The notes beneath the pieces are model-generated. The model saw nothing but the letters and a program-made list of their open reading frames with translations. It was not told the origin of the DNA and ran no database searches. A stretch of 63,363 nucleotides of DNA, counting the filler. It is 5 parts of 5 records of this genome, joined end to end, with 100 filler letters (N's around TTAATTAATTAA, not from the genome) between each part and the next. Parts side by side here need not be neighbours in the genome. Positions count along the whole stretch, not along the records: positions 1 to 16,213 come from SRR20825019_1862; 4 more parts are not named here. One strand, given 5' to 3'. Positions 1 through 9,523 of the stretch are shown piece after piece. The translations under genes and the position numbers were made by a program. Positions within the stretch are counted from its first letter, which is position 1; every line of letters begins with the position of its first letter.

Positions 1-69
1 TATTTTATTTTATTTTATTTTATTTTATTTATTGATTTATTGATTGGTTGATTGGTTGGTTGGTTGATT
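1..69 (+). repeat. (TATTT)n microsatellite grading into ATTG/TTGG low-complexity sequence, probably intronic
   Basis: TATTT tandem copies at 1-30, then attgattggttg; followed by a pyrimidine tract and TTTAG acceptor ending at 93. Confidence 0.8.
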
Positions 70-93
70 TTGTCCTCACACACTTTTCTTTAG

Positions 94-1898
94 GTTACAA
101 TGAACAATATTATATTGTATCTGTTGGATCTGAACCTGGCGTCCAGAATGCGAAGAACAATACTATTTCGGGAGACAGACTTAGCTATATGATCTTGAAC
201 GATACCCTTTCTTCCGCATCGGTTGTATTTGCTACGGTTCAAGGATTTAGCGCATCGCAGGTGGGAGCTAGGTGTACCATTATCATGAAGCCCTTCACGT
301 CCCCGGACCCAGGCTGTGCTCCAGGACAGATTATGTGTGATGATGGTGTGTGCTACGACTATACACACACCTGTGCAACGACTAAGTCATGCCCGGCTGG
401 CCAGAAGCTATGTAATGACCTCTCATGCAAGGTCACCTGCAACAAACACAACGGCTGCCCCGTAAATGTGGCTCGCTGCTACACGGGCCGATGCACGACG
501 GACACATCTCTCTGCTCCATGGGATGTAATACAGGGCAGGTGTTGTGTGGAGGACAATGCAATGATCCGTCTTCGTGCACCTCCCCAAAGTCATCTCGCC
601 AACCTGTTGCTCAGAGTCTTCCTGCGTATGATTCTTCGGGCAGCCGCGTGCAAAGCTATGTGGACGTAGTAGACTCTGCCGATGACTTCCTGATGCGGGT
701 GACATTGCCAAGCAGCGGGATCGCATCTACTAGCGGGTCCACCGAGGTATATATCAATGTAGCGTCAGTGTCGGACTCGGAATATACGTCGGCAATCGAT
801 AGCTCGTTTACATCGACGGAGTATCTCGCATCTTCTGTAGTGGATGTGACCTTCCTTGATGCTGATGGAGCGGAAGCAGTCGTGAGCGGATCCGTTGACC
901 TGCACTTCACAGCCGATACCAATGCTGGTATTGCAATGAAGTTGCAATACCTTGACACCGCATCAGGGCGATGGGTCACTGAATCAGAATCGGTTGTAGA
1001 TGGCTCATCTACCACTGGGGTTAGCGGTACTTATTCGGCAACAGCAACTCATTTCACCGCTTATGCGCTGACCGGAGATGTAACCAGTACCAGTGCGGAG
1101 AATATTGCACTATGGGCCTCGGCAACGTTTTGGATTATTGTTGTCTGTGCATGCGTGGCGTGCCACATTGTCCTGTGCTGCATTATTCTGGTGACACCGA
1201 CTGTGATCCTGCCATGTGTTGCGCAGGCATTGGGCTGCAGCGGTATTGCCACCATCACGACCGGCTCAGCTTGTGCTTTCATTTGCACCACGATTCCATG
1301 CTGCGCTGGGTTCCGGCACGGAATGAAACACAAGAAGAAGCGCCGCCGCTATCGCAAGGAGAAGCTCAACAGGGTTGCTCCTGTGAATTCCTTTGGCGCG
1401 GAAAGTGATGATAGCATGATTCAAATAGACGCTGAAGAGATCAAGCCCAACAGGACTCCTCGAATCCCGGCGATTCTCAGCGCTAGGTCGGACAGCTTCA
1501 GGAAGGGATACAAGATTGCGGATACCGAGTCTCCAGCCCTTCCAAACAAGGGGTACAACATGTCTGATGAAGATTTTGGCTTTGATGAGGTGATTGTGCT
1601 GGATGAATACCAGGATTACAGCGACTCCCCTAAGCCGACTCGGGCATCCCCGGTCATGATGCAAAGAGCCAAGGGCTCAAGCAAGCACATGAAAGACAAG
1701 CCTAAGATTGCAAAGCGGCGCAGCGAAGTTGAAGGAACGCCGGTTTTGCCCTTCGAGCCGGATCCGATAGTAGAAAAGAAATTCGAAAATGACTTGATGA
1801 TGTATGACTTGGAAGAGAGCAGGCCAATGGAGGGCGATAGCAGGCCAGGTTTGCGTGGCTCGGTTATTGAAAAGTTGGGCTTCAGTGATAGTGACTAA
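94..1898 (+). CDS. 3' exon of a membrane protein: Cys-rich repeats, GPS/ZU5-like HFT motif, hydrophobic Cys-rich TM segment, low-complexity cytoplasmic tail (5' exons missing)
   Basis: ORF 48-1898 with a likely acceptor AG at 92-93; repeats CAPGQIMCDDGVC/CPAGQKLCNDLSC/CNTGQVLCGGQC; GRWVTE...ATHFTAYAL before the hydrophobic stretch; polybasic KHKKKRRRYRK stop-transfer. Confidence 0.7.
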
Positions 1899-2238
1899 GC
1901 AATGCTTGGTTGCGTCGCTCACACATAAAATGGCTGGGCTCATTAGACTGTCTCGTGCGTCATTTGTTTCATTATTGTCTTTCCTTGCCGCCTTCTGAGC
2001 CTTGGTGCCTCTAACATATTCGGTCGCGTGTCAGTACCAAGCAGTGTTGTCACCCAGTGCATCACCCTCGCAGTAGGGATTCGGTCTAAAAAAATGACCG
2101 CCTTTCCATATCTCACGGCCTCTTCGCCAAGGCTAGAAGCCGGCATTATTGGCACACCAAACACACAAATGTGGCATGCAACAGGTACTGCCACGCTGCG
2201 CCTTCCAAGAGTTCCTGGTTTCGTCAACAAGTCCAAAT

Positions 2239-3051
2239 TCAACTGGATCCTGCCTTGGCCTTTTTCTGCCGCTTTTTCTGTTGTTGATACGGATTCTTCC
2301 CCGACGGTGCTCCATGCTTGCCGTGCCCGGGTGAGTTCGTGTGGAGCTCCCTGTTCGTAATGGCCGCGGTGACCAATGGGCGTACTTTGCGTATCGTGAT
2401 GTGTATGCAAGACACGGCCCGCACTGAAGAAACGGTTTCGTGAGCAACAATTAAAGCACTTGCAAGAAGAAACCACCGCCGCACGAATATACTAACAGCC
2501 TAACCTACCTCTGCTGATCGGATCAAGCTCCTCGAATCCGGGAAGAGGCTCATAGTCGTCGACAACTTCGACGGTGCCGGTCCGTGGGCCAAGCGTGCAG
2601 GTGCTATCCTCATCCGCTAGTCTGAGAGTACGGGAGTTGGCCTCTTCAACACAACACTTTATATGGTGAACTTACGTCCGCGCCGCTGCAACAGCAAGGC
2701 CTAGGGCGGCACCCATGCCATGAAGAATAACAAAACTATCCTGTCCCTAATAGAGCGCAAACTCCGTCAACCTCATGACGACCAAAACGAAAGAGAAAAG
2801 AAAAAAAAATCACTTGATAACATAAGAAAATACAAATGCGCTTTCCGCACCTTGGCCAGAACTGCCCGTGCGCGTCTCAACACTGAGCCCATTCCATTTT
2901 TACGAGACACGAATATGTCGCGTTTCGACGCCGGGGTTCTTGTGGCAGCTCGGCGCACGTGGCGATAAACTGCTGGGTTTGGCTGTTTCTCTCCGTCGAG
3001 GTCAACATAGCACTCGTCGGTATCCATTGGGTCGTCAACCTCCTCTGCCAT
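2239..3051 (-). CDS. POP7: RNase P/MRP subunit Rpp20/Pop7 (Alba fold), 4 exons
   Basis: Manual splicing over 3 GT-AG introns gives YRHVRR..RDIFVSRK..LRRARAVLAK / FVILHGMGAALGLAV / GTVEVVDDYEP / VSCIHITIRK, collinear with Rpp20 motifs DIYV, IHGLGLAI, TVELVDELEP, SAIHIRV. Confidence 0.85.
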
Positions 3052-3119
3052 GATTTCGGACTATGTACCTTTAAGTCAGCGCTAAGGAGGACGCTCTTGT
3101 CAGGTCTATATGTGAACTG

Positions 3120-3500
3120 ACTCGGCCCCGGCACCGTCTGCGCGGCGCGGCAGCCCGGCCGGCCGGCTCGCCTGGCCGCGCGGGGGCCCGGCCCGGCGCC
3201 GGCCGCCGGGGCCGCCGTCACGGTCCGTTCCCCGGTACAGTACGGTCCGGGCCCGGTCCGGTGCCCGGTCCCCCGGGCAGCCGAGCCGAGCCGCCGCGCG
3301 CCGGGCCCGGCGCGGCGGGGCTGGCCGGGCCCAGGTGGGGCGGCCGTCCGGTCCGGTCCGGAGGCGCCGCCTCCCCCCGGCTCGGCCCGCGCCCGGCCGG
3401 ACGGCACCGTCAGTCCACCTGACCTGACTCCGACTCACTCGGTCCCCCGTGGAGGCCCGGCCACCCGCACCGGCCGCCCGGCCGGCCCGGGCTCACTCGA
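3120..3500. promoter_or_regulatory. Extremely GC-rich (CCGG/GGCC-rich) island between divergent POP7 and BRF-like genes; putative bidirectional promoter
   Basis: Almost purely G/C sequence, no credible ORF, lies between two head-to-head start codons; poly-T at ~3508-3524. Confidence 0.55.
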
Positions 3501-3718
3501 TAACGTTCTTTTTTTTTTTTTTTTCCAGGCCACCCGGTCGGATCCCGGCCCGTGACCGGACACGCTGGCAGGATGGCAAGGCCTGCCGGGTACTGACAGT
3601 ACCATAGGTCGCTAGAAGTATATTTCAGTCACCTGCCCTGGTAGGCCATCATCTATATTCGTGAACAAAGTTCGTTGGAGTAGCTGAAGGGACAGAGGTC
3701 AAAGCGACCGTCCCACTC

Positions 3719-5362
3719 ATGGAGAGTGGACTCACAGTATGCCCAGCATGCGGAGAAAGGGCTGTTTGGGAGGATGATGGGGCCGCAAACGGACAGGCAG
3801 GCTCTCGAGTGTGCGAGGAGTGTGGAGCCATTGTTGAAGACCCTGTCCCGCAACCACAAGGGTCCAACGGAGTCTTTGATGGGGAGGGGAGGTCGACTAC
3901 ATTTGTAGGTAGGAGCGGGCACAGCACGGGTCGGCGTGCAATGGGAGCACGGGCCCATGGCAGCCGGCCCGCTTTTCCGTCTGATAGTCGGGCGCAGGGC
4001 GCGAACAGGGCGCTCACGCGGCTTGGTGCCTTGTGCAAACTACCACGTTCGACCGTCGACCAGGCCAGGGCACTGGTCGAGAGATACACGGACAGGTGCC
4101 AGGGCCGGCGAATGGGGCAGGGATTGCGCTTTGAACATCTTGCTCTCGCAGCACTGTACACGGTGTCGCGTGTATCACATCCAGCCACGGGCACGCCTCC
4201 TGGCTGCGGCGGCAAGGAAGCTGGAAGTCAAACGATGACGTTAGGGGCGCGCACTGTTGCCAGGCCTGTAACACTGCGAGAAATGTCTGCGGCTGTAGGG
4301 TTCAGTGTCTATCATGTAGGCAGAGAATACGGCCGTCTCCTTCGTGGTCTCCAGCTGAAGGTAGAACCGGTGGATCCCGTCATTCACCTCGACCGGGTGC
4401 TCGCCGCGCTGAAACCTGCCATTGTTGGTCAGGAGTCCGGGTCGTTGTCGAAGGATCAATCCATTGCTATCGCGCGCACCAAAGTCCGGGCGACAGGGAT
4501 CCTTGCTCTTTCCAAAGAGGATTCTCTCACCACGGGACGGCAGGCTTTGGCTCTGGCAGGCGCAGCCGCTACAGTTGCTGCAACTGTAGAGCGAATGCGC
4601 ATGACGCCAGCCAAGGGAGTGTTGAGTAACAAGGACGCATGTGCGTTGTTGGGTGATGTGCCTTTGAAGGCGTTGAGTGCTCGGCGCAAGGAGATCCTGA
4701 ACAGCCTCGTGGCCCGGCTGGAGGTGCTGCCGTGGGGCGCGGGTGCTGTCATGGCTGGCTCAAAGGAAGAAGACTTGTGCATCTCGCTAGACCGCATCCT
4801 CATCCACAGTGTTGCAGGGGCACCCACTATTGGGGCACCGAAATCCAGTATGCCAGATCAGCTCGGCACTATATTTGCTAAGATAGAGGCCGCCGATGAT
4901 GAAACTATTGTTGTTTCCAGGGCATCTGTGAATCCCAAAGCATTCGAAGTAAGCAAGGAATCCCGCGAGCGTCGGCTTGCCAAAGTGGAGCAGGCCTTGC
5001 AGAGACTCGGTCATCTTGAGGACATGTCACCTGGGCCATCTGCGCCCAAGGGCCGATCGATGAAGAAGCGCAAAAGAGATGTGTCTAAGGTTGAAGATGT
5101 AGTCACTGAGGATCCTGATGCAAGCTGGGATGCCCCAAGCAATCCTGGCGGCAATGGCGACAACGACGATGAAGACGCACTGATAGAGCGCCTATTGATG
5201 GAGGGAGTGAGCGTGCAGGCAATTGTGGATGGGTACTTTGACTCCAAAGATCATATCCGACCTTGTCCTGGGTGGGCCACGGGCCCCGGTGCTTCCTCCA
5301 CGTTGACAGAAGAAGATCTTCCGGAAGAAGATTTAAGTCAGTACATCACAGATGTTACATGA
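3719..5362 (+). CDS. TFIIB-related factor (BRF2/BRF1-like), intronless
   Basis: N-terminal Zn ribbon CPACG...CEECG; cyclin-fold motifs ALAALYTVSR, PVTLREMS, VGREYGRLLRGL, PVDPVIHLDR, LTTGRQ; acidic C-terminal LPEEDLSQYI as in BRF proteins. Confidence 0.8.
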   Translation: MESGLTVCPACGERAVWEDDGAANGQAGSRVCEECGAIVEDPVPQPQGSNGVFDGEGRSTTFVGRSGHSTGRRAMGARAHGSRPAFPSDSRAQGANRALTRLGALCKLPRSTVDQARALVERYTDRCQGRRMGQGLRFEHLALAALYTVSRVSHPATGTPPGCGGKEAGSQTMTLGARTVARPVTLREMSAAVGFSVYHVGREYGRLLRGLQLKVEPVDPVIHLDRVLAALKPAIVGQESGSLSKDQSIAIARTKVRATGILALSKEDSLTTGRQALALAGAAATVAATVERMRMTPAKGVLSNKDACALLGDVPLKALSARRKEILNSLVARLEVLPWGAGAVMAGSKEEDLCISLDRILIHSVAGAPTIGAPKSSMPDQLGTIFAKIEAADDETIVVSRASVNPKAFEVSKESRERRLAKVEQALQRLGHLEDMSPGPSAPKGRSMKKRKRDVSKVEDVVTEDPDASWDAPSNPGGNGDNDDEDALIERLLMEGVSVQAIVDGYFDSKDHIRPCPGWATGPGASSTLTEEDLPEEDLSQYITDVT

Positions 5363-5583
5363 CAGAGCGCGATCCAGGTTTAGTCTCCATCTTGTTCGAC
5401 TTCCCCACTGCTGCTTTCTCCGCTGTAGCTTTCCGAGCTCTCGTCATCTTGGTAGTCAGTGGCATCATCCATCGAACTCCCGCCAGCCGCATCGAAAACA
5501 AAGTCCACCGGTTTTACCTGTCTTTTTCCTGGGGCCCGCGGAGTTGTCACTGCACTGAACTGTTAATCTTGCGATTCATTAGG

Positions 5584-6361
5584 TCACCCTGAGGCCCAAA
5601 TTTCCCTACCAATGTTGTAATATAGCAATTCGTTCGAGATATGTTGGTATGCCCCTTTGCCCTTGTTTTTCTTTTTTGATGGTGGGGGTGGAGGGGGCTC
5701 TTCGCTACTTTCGCCACCATCTCCACTGTCGTCCTCGCTGTCCTCGCTGCCATCACTACTATACATTTCAACACTACTTTCATCTTCGCTTTTTTCAACC
5801 GGTTTCGGGGTCGATTTCTTCCCTTTGGAAGAGCTGGCACCCGTGCTTTCAGTCTTTGTGAGATTTTCTCCTCCCCGCTTTTTTGCGCCTGGCGATCGAC
5901 CGCTTGGTGGTGGCATTTTGCACGGAACCCTTGTACACCTAGACGCACCTACATATTGTATCATGTATCAATATTCATGTGTATAGTACTCTTTATCACA
6001 AACACATACCCTTGCTTTTCGGAGCCTTGCTCACTTCTGAAGGGGCGTTCAGCCTTTCTTTCTTCGTAGCAAATTTCTTTGCAACCCCCTTCTTCGCTTC
6101 CAGCTCACGAGACGGCATTGATGAGGATGTGCTCCGCTCCCGCTTGGACGAGCGCAACTTTTGGGACTCTTTCCCTGTCGCTGTTGCTGTGCAGTGAGAT
6201 CGTTTACCCAGATGCCTTTTTTGCGGTGTAGTCGCATTTTCCTCTAAAGAAGTGACTTTTGCAGCTTCCTCCTTTGACGCCTTTTTTGCTGGAGTTCGCG
6301 TTGACTGCACGCTCTCAATGAACTTCAAGCTCGGTGCCCTTGAACGAACTGGCCGAGGCAT
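5584..6361 (-). CDS. Hypothetical Lys/Ser-rich low-complexity protein, at least 2 exons; ends uncertain
   Basis: ORFs 5996-6361 and 5584-5964 joined by a GTATGT...TAG intron; basic and acidic tracts; no recognisable domain. Confidence 0.45.
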
Positions 6362-6529
6362 ATTCTCTTTTAAGTGTCTTCAGCACGGGATGTTCGTGTA
6401 CATCTTACTTTATTTCTCTTTGGAACTTTCGCAGGTCATTCAGTCCAAGTAGGCGGAAGCGGGAGACCATGAGAGTAGCGCGAGTGAAGTCAGATCAGGT
6501 GGTGTAGCCATGTAGTGGGCGATGACCCA

Positions 6530-7045
6530 GCAGCTGTCCGGCCGTGCCGCTCATCAGCAAGGCAACGCACAACCGCGGGACGGGCGGTGTTGGACAAGCG
6601 GACTCGGTCGCGCGGCGAGTCACCGGAGGGCCCCGGGTGGCCCGCCCGGCGGCCCGCCCGCGCCCCGGGGCCCGGGTCGCCGCGGGCGGCGGGCCGAGGG
6701 GAGGCCCCGCGTGGCGGCGGCCTCCTCAGCACGTCAGTTGCGGGGGCCGGGCGCACACGGATCAGACTCCACGAACGCGGTCAGCGCGCTATCAAGTTTC
6801 GAGGAGGAACTCGGCCCTAGGCTAGCCAGTGGTGCACCCGACCAGCAGCCACGCGGCGTCATGGCACTGCCAACACTGGATGACTGATGACAGGGCGAGC
6901 ACACCGTCCCGCGCGGGCCGGACGGGGTTCTTCCGGTCGGCGTGACGTCCCGGATCAGAGACCCAAGTAGGTCAGGCCCCCGCCTTAGCGAGAACAAGCC
7001 GTGCACTGCCGCTCCTAGCCTCAGCACTAGACATTGGGGCGACAG
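6530..7045. promoter_or_regulatory. GC-rich island upstream of the minus-strand hypothetical gene
   Basis: Same CCGG/GGCC-rich composition as the other 5' islands; only spurious Pro/Arg/Gly ORFs. Confidence 0.45.
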
Positions 7046-7046
7046 C

Positions 7047-7091
7047 CCCCTAACCACTAACCAGTCCCCTAACCACTAACCAGTAACCAGT
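7047..7091 (+). repeat. Tandem 19-bp repeat CCCCTAACCACTAACCAGT x2 plus partial copy
   Basis: Exact copies at 7047-7065 and 7066-7084, then AACCAGT. Confidence 0.85.
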
Positions 7092-7196
7092 GCCACCGAC
7101 AGGTTCTGCCCGCGGTAGTCTCCACCCCTACGCGTTAACAAACGAAAGCACTCTTTTAATATTGTACTTCACAACCTCTAGAAACGGGTGGGACCA

Positions 7197-8452
7197 TTAG
7201 GTGGACTTGCTCTTGCGCCGATCACCAACATACTCATCAAAGAGCTGAGGATATGTCTTAGCCTGCTTCTTAAGGTGGCCCTTCACATCGCCAAGAAGGC
7301 GATCAAAGCCCTGCTTGTCCAATGAAAGCACAGTACACTTCGTCTTTGCTGTGACATCTGCTGCACGTGGTGCCTCGTTCAAGAGCGCAAGCTCACCAAA
7401 GTAGTCACCGCGCTTGTAAGACTTGACTTTTTCGACAGACTTGTCATCCTTAGTCACGCTGGCGAATGCCTCTCCCTTCTCAAGAATATACATACGCTCC
7501 CCGGTCTCGCCCTTGGTGATAATTCTTTGATCGGGCTCGAAGTATTGCGGTTGAAGAACATCAGCAAGATGACAGATGTTGTTCTTCGACATTGGCTCTG
7601 CTCCATGTGTCAATACGGAATTCAGCAAAACATATTCGACATTACGTACTCAGGAAAGGAACCTCTTTCAAGAACGTCTCTGCATCCGCAAGTTGCTGAC
7701 ACCATGTCAGTGATGGCAACCACAAGCCAGTTGGAACAATACCTTGGCGCGAAGGTCGATGCGCACACGCTGGAAAGTCCCACGATCCAGCTTCCATAAC
7801 ACGCACTGTTTCTTTGCCTGTAGTTCCATCAGTTTCGCCTGCGCCTCTGGTATCTCCATGCGCCACCACGCTTACCTGAACAGTGGCAGCACGAGGGGCA
7901 TTGTACATGAGCGCAAGCTCGCCGAAGTACTTCTCTTTACCAATAGTTGCCTAAGATCACCACGGTGAGGTTCATTGAAATACCAACTGTCAGAAACATA
8001 CAAGGTACTTCGACTCTCTCTTAGGATCTTCTTCGTCATATTTGTAAATATCACACTCTCCACTCTCAATGATGTAGAAGTAGTCAGCAGCCAAACTACC
8101 TTGTTCGATGATCTTATGTCCAGCCTTCTTTACCACTTCTTTACGCATGACGTCGATAACCTCGTTCATGGTCTCCTCGCCTGTACCTTCGAAAATAATG
8201 ATCCCAGAAAGGACCTTCTTGAGCCATTCTCTATCTTCATCGCTACAACGGAAAGTTTAACTTTTGCTTTCGCACTAAGAAGTACCAACCGTACCTCTTC
8301 GGAAACTTGGATGCCTTAGCACCAGAACTTCCTGGGACTTCAGCACTCACACCGCTACGGCGACGATTCGCAGGAGGCACCTTGGCCTCGCCTACAGTCT
8401 CTACTTCGAGTTTGTCCGCCGCACCCTTCTCGCCACCACAAACTTGGCCCAT
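7197..8452 (-). CDS. cAMP-dependent protein kinase regulatory subunit (two CNB domains, no D/D domain), ~6 exons
   Basis: MGQVCG N-terminus; inhibitor site RRRSGVSAE; CNB-A YFGELALMYNAPRAATV; CNB-B YFGELALLNEAPRAADV; five ~50-nt GT-AG introns restore the frame. Confidence 0.92.
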
Positions 8453-8639
8453 AGTTAACACTCTTTGCTTACACATGCAGGGATAGTGTCACTAATATCC
8501 ACAGAGAGCTACCCAGCCGCACACACAGCGAGCGTCGCGCGCACCATGACGTCAGCCGGCGCTCTTTCCGGTATTCCAGCCAACCATCGGTCAACCCACT
8601 ACTGTGGCTTTCCGAGCACTGAGTGGTTTGGAGCTCAGG

Positions 8640-9450
8640 CCGAGCGGGGTCAAGTGTGTCACCGGGTGGCACCAGACTGAGCGTCGTCAGCTCGGCCGCC
8701 TAATGATGACAGTAGGTCACGATCTCGCCAGCGGGCGCCGGGTCACCGCCGCGGAGGGTTTCCGTGGAGAGGGCCGGGGTCTGCTGCACGCTCAGACTGA
8801 CCCCCCGCCCGGCGCCCCGGCACTGCAGGCTTCAGCTAATCAGGGACCAACGAGGCCGCGCTCGCACTCATCATCAGGGCACCGGCAGCGCAACTTTCGT
8901 CAGCGCCGGCCCCACCCCAGTCCTCCGGGGCCGCCCGCCGTGCGGCTCGCTGCCGGGACGGCCTGCCGTCAGCACTGCTGGTGCCTTGCTGGTGTGAGTG
9001 AGATGCACCTTCCTTGCCCCTCAACCTAAATACTTTTGCGTCGAGATATATCGTTATATTGAGAGTTTATAGTTTGCACGTAGCAATTAGAGCTTTCAGA
9101 CATCATTTGAAACGGCCAGACCCAACACACCTTCATCAGGGAGTTGTGGCAAGTTCAAAGTAGTTGTCGTTGCCCCAGCGGGTGCAGCCTATCATGGACG
9201 TGGCGTGGACTCAAATGGACTGGCTGGCGCCCAGGCCGGTAGGGCTGAGTCGTGGTGATGGGGTCACCGGCCGCCGCCACCGGCCGCTCCTGTAACAGGC
9301 AGCCGGCCGGACCGCCACTGCTGGGCCGAACTAGAGCTGGTCGCAGCCGAGTCCGCCGTTCATGTGCGTTTGGCCAAACAAATCAGTCAGGCATGGACGG
9401 ACAGTCGGCCGCCATGTCCATCTCCGCAGTCCCAGCACGCGTTCGCAGGC
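8640..9450. promoter_or_regulatory. GC-rich bidirectional promoter region between PKA-R and the divergent tubulin
   Basis: Two GC-rich blocks (~8640-9000 and ~9220-9450) around a more AT-rich core; genes are head-to-head. Confidence 0.5.
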
Positions 9451-9523
9451 CGGCGAGGGAATATATGTCTCCGAGACATCAGTACAAATGTCTGTAAACA
9501 AGTTCATTCCCTTTAGTGCAGCT

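Noticed and set aside
3418-3429. 12-mer CCTGACCTGACT shared with 55121-55132
   Set aside because: A single 12-mer match is expected by chance in a window this size
2877-3438. Pro/Gly/Arg-rich ORFs in GC islands (also ~6490-7057, 8604-9029, 11571-11981, 15718-16261, 52543-53453)
   Set aside because: Stop-codon scarcity in very high-GC DNA; overlapping ORFs in many frames with no domain
6760-7045. Possible structured ncRNA (U3/SRP/RNase MRP-like)
   Set aside because: Only isolated CTGA/TGATGA-like words, with no convincing conserved boxes; needs an Infernal/Rfam scan
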